Positions 25,895-35,925 of a stretch of DNA of 37,898 nt are shown in pieces (the first letter of the stretch is position 1; the number at the start of each line of letters is the position of its first letter). Both the position numbers and the translations under genes were made by a program. The stretch is from an uncultured Rhodothermales bacterium. GTDB lineage: Bacteria > Bacteroidota > Rhodothermia > Rhodothermales > VXPQ01. Below the pieces are notes generated by a model. It did no database searches, had not been told where the DNA came from, and saw nothing but the letters and a program-made list of their open reading frames with translations. Location: positions 1-37,898 of the forward strand of contig CAZQAS010000016.1 in NCBI GenBank assembly GCA_964591285.1, in the 5' to 3' direction.

Positions 25895-26998
25895 ATGTTC
25901 ACGATCGTCCTTCTTGGGCTCGTCGCGGGCTACGCCACGCTGGCGGCTGCCGCGGCTTGGATGCACCGGTGCCCTGGCGGTGGTTCGGAGCGCGCCCCCC
26001 CAAAGGCCGGACACTCGCCGGAGCGGCCTGAGCCGCCCTTCGTGAGCGTGCTCGTTGCGGCCCGTGATGAGCAGGAGCGGCTTCCGGACTGCCTCCGCGC
26101 GCTGAAGGCGCAGTCGCTCGCGTCCGATCGGTACGAGATTATCGTCGCCGACGACCATTCGACCGACGGCACGCCGGACGTTGCCGCCTCCTACGACGTC
26201 CGCTACGTACGCGTCGCGAAGGCCGAGGCCGGCAAGGCCGCAGCGATCCACGCCGGAGTCGAAGCCGCCCGGGGCGACGTACTCGTCGTCACAGACGCCG
26301 ACTGCCGTCCGCCGGAGAGATGGCTCAAGGAAATGTCGCATATGTTTCGAAACGATGACCTGGGGATGGTCTGCGGCGTGACGGCGGTGGCGGGCCGCTC
26401 CGCAGTCGCGCGGATTCAGGCCGCAGACTGGACGCTCCTCCTCACTATGGCAGCCTCCTTCTCCGCCGCCGGCATCCCGCTGACGGCCATGGGCAACAAC
26501 ATGGCGTTCCGCCGCGAGGCCTACGAGGCGGCCGGCGGCTATCCCGCGCTAGAGCCTTCGGTGACCGAGGACTATGCGCTGTTTCGGGAAATCGGGCGGC
26601 GCACGCCGTGGAGCGTGCGGCTTCTACTCGAGCGTCGCTTGAGCAACGTCACGCTCCCGCTCCCGAACCTGCCGCAGGTGATCCGCCAGCGACGGCGCTG
26701 GGCCCGCGGCGGACTGCGCGCGACTATCGGCGTGTACCTCTTCTATCTACTCGTCTATGCCGTCCATGCCTGCGTCGTAGCCGGACTGTTCGTGGCGCCG
26801 ATCTGGGGACTCGGAGCGCTGATCGCCAAGACGGCCGCCGATGCGCTCGTCCTGCACGTCGGCGGACGCCGGATCGGTCAGCACCACCTGCGGTGGACGT
26901 TTCTGCTCTTCGAACTCTACCTTTTCGCCTACGTGCTGGCGCTGCCCATACTGCTGGCGCTGGCGCCGCGCATCAGATGGCGCGGGAGGCGGTGGTAG
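25895..26998 (+). CDS. family 2 glycosyltransferase with the D,D,D,QxxRW signature (NodC/PgaC/ceramide-glucosyltransferase-like), membrane-embedded
   Basis: N-terminal TM helix followed by VSVLVAARDE, IIVADDHSTDGT, GKAAAIHAGVEAARGDVLVVTDADC, VTEDY and IRQRRRWARGG. Several C-terminal TM helices follow. Confidence 0.85.
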   Translation: MFTIVLLGLVAGYATLAAAAAWMHRCPGGGSERAPPKAGHSPERPEPPFVSVLVAARDEQERLPDCLRALKAQSLASDRYEIIVADDHSTDGTPDVAASYDVRYVRVAKAEAGKAAAIHAGVEAARGDVLVVTDADCRPPERWLKEMSHMFRNDDLGMVCGVTAVAGRSAVARIQAADWTLLLTMAASFSAAGIPLTAMGNNMAFRREAYEAAGGYPALEPSVTEDYALFREIGRRTPWSVRLLLERRLSNVTLPLPNLPQVIRQRRRWARGGLRATIGVYLFYLLVYAVHACVVAGLFVAPIWGLGALIAKTAADALVLHVGGRRIGQHHLRWTFLLFELYLFAYVLALPILLALAPRIRWRGRRW

Positions 26999-27045
26999 GT
27001 AGCCCGAGTGGCTCTCCATTCCTTCCAGCGGCAGCAAAAGTGGCG

Positions 27046-27957
27046 TTAACCCGGTACCTGAGCCCGGTACTGCGGACCAACGATCACCTCGATAGCTCCC
27101 GGCTCTACCATGAACGAGAGTGGTTCTTTCGTCAGCAACTCGCCATCGAGATTGAACCACATTCCCGGCTCCGATTCCAGCCGGATCTTCCGCGCGCGGT
27201 AATGGGTGACGAGTTCGCTCGCGATGAGGTTGCCCGCGACGAGGCGCGTAGCGACGTCGCCAAGCTCCACGACCGACCCGCTGCGAATGATGATGACGTC
27301 GAGGAGCCCGTCCTCAGGATCCGAGAGCGGAGAGATGCGCTTGCCGCCGGCGATCGTGCGCCCGTTGGCCACGACGACGTTCAGTGCGCTGATCACCTGC
27401 GGATTCCCGTCGTCGAGCGTTATGTAGGAATCGTAATCGGTAATGTCCGGGAGCACCGATGCGGCACCGATCAGATAGGCGAGCGGCCCCCAGCTGGCTT
27501 TCAGCTCCGGCGTGAGCGCCTCATCCACCTGCCCGCTGAAGCCCCCGGCCGCGGCGTTGATGCCGTAGGATCGGGTCGATGGGCTCTCGACGAGGTAGAG
27601 GTCGAGCCGACGGCGCTCGCCGGACTCGAGCAGCGCGAGCGCCGCGGGCGGATTCTTCAGGGGGATGTTCAGCAGTCGTGCGAAATCGTTGCCCGTGCCG
27701 AGCGGAATCACCCCGAGGGCCGGCCGCTTGCCGGCGCGCATGATACCGTTGGTGACCTCGTTGACGGTGCCGTCGCCGCCTGCGGCCGCGATGAGATCGA
27801 AGCCTTCCTCGGCGGCCTCGGCTGCGAGCTCGATGCCTTCGCCTTTCTTGGTAGATCGTCGACAGGTGACGTTCTCACGCTCCTCGACGACCTGATTGAG
27901 GCGCTTGGCTAGCTCCGCAGAACCGGCATTTTCGTTGACGATGACGCAGATCTCCAA
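27046..27957 (-). CDS. diacylglycerol-kinase-family lipid kinase (YegS/BmrU type)
   Basis: Starts MEICVIVNENAGS and contains ...LIAAAGGDGTVNEVTNG...GVIPLGTGNDFAR. It lies 17 nt downstream of mutS on the same strand. Confidence 0.85.
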   Translation of the reverse strand: MEICVIVNENAGSAELAKRLNQVVEERENVTCRRSTKKGEGIELAAEAAEEGFDLIAAAGGDGTVNEVTNGIMRAGKRPALGVIPLGTGNDFARLLNIPLKNPPAALALLESGERRRLDLYLVESPSTRSYGINAAAGGFSGQVDEALTPELKASWGPLAYLIGAASVLPDITDYDSYITLDDGNPQVISALNVVVANGRTIAGGKRISPLSDPEDGLLDVIIIRSGSVVELGDVATRLVAGNLIASELVTHYRARKIRLESEPGMWFNLDGELLTKEPLSFMVEPGAIEVIVGPQYRAQVPG

Positions 27958-27974
27958 AATACTACTCCCCCCTC

Positions 27975-30623
<2,649 letters not shown>

Positions 30624-30671
30624 CGCGGCGATTCGTTGGGAATGACGTATGGTAACATACTTACACGGCGG

Positions 30672-30720
30672 AAGCGTTCCAAGAACGTTCAACGTTCAAC
30701 GTTCGAACGTTCTAACGCTC
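30672..30720. repeat. tandem heptamer array AACGTTC (4 perfect and 2 degenerate units) in the mutS divergent intergenic region
   Basis: The sequence reads AAGCGTTC C AAG AACGTTC AACGTTC AACGTTC G AACGTTC T AACGCTC. Perfect units lie at 30684-30704 and 30706-30712. Each unit contains the palindrome AACGTT. Confidence 0.85.
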
Positions 30721-30808
30721 GACAATACCCGCAGCATTTCACGAAACCACAGAGCGCGTCGGATGTCAGATATATCAGGCCGTGAAGCCCTGCCAAACTG
30801 CATGTCTC

Positions 30809-31363
30809 ATGTCGTGGTACGACGTTTACGATAACGTTGAAATTCGGCTGATCACTCGTAAGCGGGCCGCCACCGTGACGGCGCTTGCGGTGGTCGTGTG
30901 CGTATTCTCGGTACTCTGCGTACTGGTCGGACTGACCGGCCGGCTGCCGTTCGTTCCGGCGGCGGTCACGGGCCTGGTTGTGAGCGGCGTCTTTGCGCGA
31001 TGGCTCGTCCGCCGCATCCGGAGGCTTCGCCGCATCGTCTGGTGCGTGAAGCTCTCCAGCGAGGAAGTCGTCGGTTATGATTATGCACGCCGTCGGCCGA
31101 CCATCCCGTGGAGGACGGTCGAGCGGATTGAGATCGGCGACGCCGCGCTCACGATCGTCGGACCGGCGCCGATCCAGCTGGAGATCGCGCACGTCTTTCG
31201 GGATTTCGTGCAGGTCAGCCATCGCGTCGTCCACTACGCGGACCGCTACGGCATTCCCGTTTTCGTCAACGGCAAGCCGTGGCAGCACATCAATGTGTAC
31301 GACGTCTTCCCCTTTCTCGCCGACGACGCGGGTTCTCCGCGGCGCGGCTCGGCGGCCATGTGA
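30809..31363 (+). CDS. hypothetical membrane protein (2 TM helices plus soluble C-terminal domain)
   Basis: The ORF has TM segments AATVTALAVVVCVFSVLCVLVGL and FVPAAVTGLVVSGVFARWLV. A basic patch RRIRRLRR and a domain of about 100 aa follow. I recognise no family. I prefer the ATG at 30809 over the GTG at 30782. Confidence 0.5.
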   Translation: MSWYDVYDNVEIRLITRKRAATVTALAVVVCVFSVLCVLVGLTGRLPFVPAAVTGLVVSGVFARWLVRRIRRLRRIVWCVKLSSEEVVGYDYARRRPTIPWRTVERIEIGDAALTIVGPAPIQLEIAHVFRDFVQVSHRVVHYADRYGIPVFVNGKPWQHINVYDVFPFLADDAGSPRRGSAAM

Positions 31364-31404
31364 TCACGGGGCGGCGGCGGCACGCTCCGCCGTCTTCGTA
31401 GGAT

Positions 31405-32658
31405 CTAGTCCTCGTGCTTCCGCGCAGCCCGCCGCTGGATGCGCTTAGCGCGCCGCACAGACGGCAGCATTTCCTCATCCAGATTGAAGAACGCCTCGAT
31501 CCTGCGGTGCTGGCGCCGGGCATCCTCGTAGCCGATGTCGATCAGCCGAGAGACGTAGTCGTGCTCGAAGAGCAGCATGCTGAGCCAGTCCGGGCTCCGC
31601 GTCTCGCCGGTGCCGAGCAGGCGCGAGAACACCTCGAGCGTACCGGGCAGCGTCGGCTCATATTCGCTGGCGAGCTTTCCGAGATCGACGGACGGCCGAA
31701 GCAGCATCAGCTCGATCGGCCGCAGACCCATACGCTTCTTCCGCGGCAGGCGCTCCACGAGTCTGTTGATCCGCTCCATAATGACCGCATCGTCGTCGAG
31801 CGCATCGAGAAAGACCGCGTTCGTGAGCAGGCCGAAGATCTGTGATGCCGGCGGATAGCCCTCGATGACGGGCTGATCGGCTTCGGCCCGTGATCGGCTG
31901 TAGCGCGTGGAGATGGCGAGGATGCGGTCGGCACCGAGATGGATGGCCGGCGCAAGCGGAGCGGCGAGGCGGATGCCGCCGTCGCCGTACCAGTGGTCTC
32001 CGATCTGGACGGCCGGAAAAAGAAACGGCAGCGAGGCGGAGGCCATGATGTGATCGACGGTCAACCCCGTGTGGACGCCCACCCGGTTCGGCCGCTCCCA
32101 TCCCTCAAAATGATCCCCCTGGATCCAGCTCACCGTCTGGCCGGTCGTGTAGCTCGTCGTCACGATGGCGACCGCGCGGAGCTTTCCCTGCTCGAGATTC
32201 CGCGTCACACCTACGAGCTGTCCCTCTTCGGTTTCGAGCATTTCCTCCAGATGGCGGCGCAGCGGAGCCGTGTCGGCGAAGGCGTGGAGGTCCTGCATCT
32301 GCTCGCGCGACCCGTCGCCTCGCACGGTACGGCCGAGGAAGGAGCGGAACAGATCCAGCACGGATTCCATCTCGAAGACGTCGTTGGAGCGGAGATTCCG
32401 CCAGTTCGTTACGAGGCGCGAGGTAGCGTCCTTATACGTGCCGGGATGGTTGGCAAGCTGGGCGGCGTTGATGGCTCCCGCCGAGACGCCGATGACGATC
32501 GAGAACCGGGCCTTCGGAATGTAGTCGGATATGTACTGCAAGAGGCCCACCTGATACGCGGCACGCGCGCCGCCGCCGGTGAGCACCAGTCCGAGCTCGC
32601 GGTCCGGCGGCTCAGGGTTCATGAATTGCCTTATGCGATCGAACGCGTCGCCTACCAC
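31405..32658 (-). CDS. patatin-like phospholipase family protein
   Basis: Oxyanion motif GLVLTGGGARAAYQVG, nucleophile elbow GVSAG, and the catalytic Asp block DGGI (YGDGGIRL). The tracked start at 32658 is GTG. An ATG at 32622 is an alternative. Confidence 0.85.
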   Translation of the reverse strand: MVGDAFDRIRQFMNPEPPDRELGLVLTGGGARAAYQVGLLQYISDYIPKARFSIVIGVSAGAINAAQLANHPGTYKDATSRLVTNWRNLRSNDVFEMESVLDLFRSFLGRTVRGDGSREQMQDLHAFADTAPLRRHLEEMLETEEGQLVGVTRNLEQGKLRAVAIVTTSYTTGQTVSWIQGDHFEGWERPNRVGVHTGLTVDHIMASASLPFLFPAVQIGDHWYGDGGIRLAAPLAPAIHLGADRILAISTRYSRSRAEADQPVIEGYPPASQIFGLLTNAVFLDALDDDAVIMERINRLVERLPRKKRMGLRPIELMLLRPSVDLGKLASEYEPTLPGTLEVFSRLLGTGETRSPDWLSMLLFEHDYVSRLIDIGYEDARRQHRRIEAFFNLDEEMLPSVRRAKRIQRRAARKHED

Positions 32659-32711
32659 GGACTCCTAACGATTGGACAGATCAGCTACTACGCCGTTCAG
32701 TATACGATTGG

Positions 32712-33626
32712 ATGCACATACTTTTTCTTTTCGTCGACGGCATCGGACTCGGGGACCCCTCCGCCGACAATCCATTCTCGACGCTTCGACTCCCGGGATT
32801 CGAGCGCCTCGCCGGCGGGCATCCCTGGCTGCGGGATTCGCCCGTGACCGTGAGCGAACGGGCCGTCTTTCGAGGGATCGATCCGCGCCTCGACGTGGAC
32901 GGACTGCCCCAGAGCGGGACGGGACAGGCGACGCTCCTCACGGGAATCAACTGCGGGAAGATCGCCGGACGCCACTACGGTCCCTATCCACACTCGAAAA
33001 CCAAACCGGTCATCGCCGAACACAATCTATTCAAGCAGGTGGAGCGCCTGCTGCCGGAGGTGGACGAGCCGGCAGCGTTTGCGAATGCCTATCCGGATCG
33101 ATTCTTCGAATTCGTCAAGCGGACGGACCGATGGACCGTCACGACGCGCTGCTGTCTGGAGTCGGGGGCGCGCGTGCGAGGCAGTGGCGATCTGGCAGCG
33201 GGCCTCGCGGTGCCGGCCGATCTGACCGGCGCCGGCTGGCCGGAGCGTTTCGATCCAGCGCACATGCCCGACAGCGAAGAAGACGCGGCCCGACGGCTCC
33301 TCCGCATTGCATCCAACCATTCGCTGACGCTCTTCGAATACTTCCTGACGGACAAGGCGGGGCACCGGCAGGATTCCGAGAAGGCGGAGGCCGTGCTGCG
33401 CTCCTTCGACCGGCTGCTCCACGAGCTGCTGCGGGAGATCGACCCCCAGGAGGTGCTGCTCGTGCTTACGAGCGACCATGGCAACCTGGAGGACCTCTCC
33501 ATCAAGACGCATACGCTCAACGACGTGCCGCTTGCCGCCTTCGGCGCGGGTGCCGGGCAACTGCATGAGATCGCACGCCTCGAGGACGTGACTCCGGCGC
33601 TCGTTGAGTTGTTGCGGACGGCTTAG
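32712..33626 (+). CDS. alkaline-phosphatase-superfamily metalloenzyme (cofactor-independent phosphoglycerate mutase / phosphopentomutase-like)
   Basis: Starts MHILFLFVDGIGLGD, with the metal-ligand Asp near the N-terminus. It continues GLPQSGTGQATLLTG, TDKAGHRQD and LVLTSDHGN. Its stop overlaps the stop of the convergent S46 gene (TTAG at 33623-33626). Confidence 0.55.
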   Translation: MHILFLFVDGIGLGDPSADNPFSTLRLPGFERLAGGHPWLRDSPVTVSERAVFRGIDPRLDVDGLPQSGTGQATLLTGINCGKIAGRHYGPYPHSKTKPVIAEHNLFKQVERLLPEVDEPAAFANAYPDRFFEFVKRTDRWTVTTRCCLESGARVRGSGDLAAGLAVPADLTGAGWPERFDPAHMPDSEEDAARRLLRIASNHSLTLFEYFLTDKAGHRQDSEKAEAVLRSFDRLLHELLREIDPQEVLLVLTSDHGNLEDLSIKTHTLNDVPLAAFGAGAGQLHEIARLEDVTPALVELLRTA

Positions 33627-35905
33627 CGGCTCGCCTGGGCGTCGGCCTCGGCTTCGGTTTCGAACAACCGGCCCTCCGTCAGCTCGCGGGCGATCCGATC
33701 GGCATCGTACATCACGTCTAGCGCGTGCAGCATGCCGCGGGAGTCGACCGAGATGGCCCGTCCGCGCTCATCCAGATAGACGTACGTATTCTGAAGCGCG
33801 TCGATGTTGCTGTCAAAGGCCACGCCTACGACCTGCAGATCCCGATCGAGCACCGGCGAGCCGGAGTTTCCGCCCGTGATGTCGTTCGTGGAGACGAAGT
33901 TGACGGGCACGGAGAGATCGAGATCGGCGGGCGGATTCACCCAGGACTCCGGCAGATCCCACTCCTCGCTCACGCCGTTGTAGGAGTAGTAATGATCGAG
34001 CATTCCGAAGAAGGTCGTGTGCGACGGCGCCCTCGTGCCGTTGAACGGATAGCCGTCCACAACGCCGTCGGCGATCCGGAGAGAGAAGGTGGCATCCGGC
34101 GGGACGTCCGTGCCGAAGAGGGCGAATCGGGCGCGGGCCAGCGACGCGTTCAGCTCCTGCTCGCGGCTCTCCAGGCCGGAGACCTGCTGCTGGATGGTGA
34201 AGTAGAGCGGGGTAATCGCTTCGGCGAGCCGCACCGTTGGATCGCCGCTTTGAAGATAGCCCTCCTCGAGCAGATCGACAAAGGCCGACGAATCGGTGAG
34301 GGCGGTGCCGGCTACGATCTGTTCGGCGACCTCTTCCGGTGAGCGGCCCTGCAGGATGCGCGAGACGGTCGGATCGTTTGTGCCGAGGTAACGCTGCAGC
34401 TCACGCAGCCGCGCGGCGAGCATGTCCTCTTCGAGCTCCTGCGGCCAGTCCTCAACGTCTAGGACTTCCTCGCGAATCTCGGTGATCTGGCTCGTCGGCG
34501 CGCCGCGCTGGGTCATCAGACTGATGATGTAGCCGTAGACGGCGCGGACGAGCACGTGCGAGTCGATCGCCGGGCTTGCGAAGAAGGCGAAGGCGCCGCT
34601 CTGATCGGCCATCGCTTCGTTCGAGCGCTGCAGCAGGCGGATGTCTTCGATGACGCCTCCGAACTCGTCCTCGAGCGTGTCGACCTCCGCGATCTGTCGC
34701 TGCAATTCAAATTCGGCCCGCTCGCGGCGCGCGATGAGCATCGTGTCCCGCAGTCCGGCCAGCTCGCCACGGTGCTTCTTGAGCTGGTTCGACATCTGGT
34801 GGCGCGCATTGCGCAGATCGTGTTCGCGAGTTTCTTCGGGATGGGTTTCGATATAGTCCTCGAGCACGTCGATGCGCGTTTCGAGCACGTCGATGGCGTG
34901 GGGCAGCGTGTAGTCGCGCTCGAACTCGAGCTGGGCGACCGTAGCGAGGCGGCTCGTCGTGCCGGGATTGCCGGTCACGAAGACGACCTCTCCTTCCCGC
35001 GCGCCGTCTTCGTCCCAGGGAAAGTAGTACTCCGGTTCGAGGGGCTCGCCGTCGTCTCCGTAGACGCGAAAGAAGCTGAAGTCGAGGCTGTAGCGCGGAT
35101 AGGTGAAATTGTCGGGATCGCCACCGAAGGCTCCGACCGTCAGGTGCGGCGCGAAGACGAGGCGAAGGTCGTCGTAGCGGCGGAACGTGTAGGCGGAGTA
35201 TTGCCCTCCGTGATAGAGTTCGATGACCTCCACTGTCAGCAGCGAGTCGCGGCCTTTGGCCTCGCGGTCCATCCGCTGCTCGATCTGATCGGCGCGCTGC
35301 CGCCGCGCAGCGACGACGTCGTCCGCATCGTCCCCCACCTCGTAGACCTGCCCGGTGATGTCCTCGATGGAAATGAGCTGATCCGCGTAGAGATCTTCGA
35401 CTTCGCGTTCTTCTTCAAGTGAGGAGGCATAAAAGCCTTCGTCTAGCAGCGTTTCGCCTTCCTGTTCAACGTCCGTGATAGACGTGCGGGCGCAGTGGTG
35501 GTTGGTGAGGACGAGGCCGGAGGGCGAGACGAACGAAGCGGAGCAGTTCGGCAGCCGGAGCGACCCAAGCCGGGCGTGCTGGAACCATTGGGAGTCCGGC
35601 CGGAAGCCGTAGGACTCCTCGAAGTAGTCGATGGGCGGATGGTCGAAGGTCCACATCTTGCCCGTGTCGAAACGTCCGACGGTGACGCCCTCGAGGCGTG
35701 CCGGCAGCGCGTCGGGCGCCTCCTCGGCCTCCGCCCGCTCGGCCTCCTCCGGCATCTCCGGCCGCTCAGTGACGACGGCAGTCTGCTGGGCCGCGCCGCA
35801 ACCGGCCAGCAGCAAGAGGGCAACGACAACGGCGGGAAGCGTCTTAGTCGGCGCGTGCGTCATGCTCGAAAGAAATTCCGGATTGGATGGGATGTTTGCG
35901 GACAT
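33623..35905 (-). CDS. S46-family dipeptidyl-peptidase (DPP7/DPP11-like), probable lipoprotein
   Basis: Catalytic His block CSASFVSPSGLVLTNHHC and catalytic Ser block VSTNDITGGNSGSPVLD. A long helical insert typical of S46 is present. From the alternative start at 35863 the N-terminus MTHAPTKTLPAVVVALLLLAGC looks like a lipobox. Confidence 0.85.
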   Translation of the reverse strand: MSANIPSNPEFLSSMTHAPTKTLPAVVVALLLLAGCGAAQQTAVVTERPEMPEEAERAEAEEAPDALPARLEGVTVGRFDTGKMWTFDHPPIDYFEESYGFRPDSQWFQHARLGSLRLPNCSASFVSPSGLVLTNHHCARTSITDVEQEGETLLDEGFYASSLEEEREVEDLYADQLISIEDITGQVYEVGDDADDVVAARRQRADQIEQRMDREAKGRDSLLTVEVIELYHGGQYSAYTFRRYDDLRLVFAPHLTVGAFGGDPDNFTYPRYSLDFSFFRVYGDDGEPLEPEYYFPWDEDGAREGEVVFVTGNPGTTSRLATVAQLEFERDYTLPHAIDVLETRIDVLEDYIETHPEETREHDLRNARHQMSNQLKKHRGELAGLRDTMLIARRERAEFELQRQIAEVDTLEDEFGGVIEDIRLLQRSNEAMADQSGAFAFFASPAIDSHVLVRAVYGYIISLMTQRGAPTSQITEIREEVLDVEDWPQELEEDMLAARLRELQRYLGTNDPTVSRILQGRSPEEVAEQIVAGTALTDSSAFVDLLEEGYLQSGDPTVRLAEAITPLYFTIQQQVSGLESREQELNASLARARFALFGTDVPPDATFSLRIADGVVDGYPFNGTRAPSHTTFFGMLDHYYSYNGVSEEWDLPESWVNPPADLDLSVPVNFVSTNDITGGNSGSPVLDRDLQVVGVAFDSNIDALQNTYVYLDERGRAISVDSRGMLHALDVMYDADRIARELTEGRLFETEAEADAQASR

Positions 35906-35925
35906 CTGAGTGGTTCGATTTGCGG

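Noticed and set aside
31373-31394. Possible bidirectional terminator hairpin (CGGCGG-N6-CCGCCG) between the convergent membrane-protein and patatin genes
   Set aside because: The core stem is only about 6 bp, extendable to 8 with a G.T pair, and no U-tract follows on either strand. It is too weak to call as a feature.
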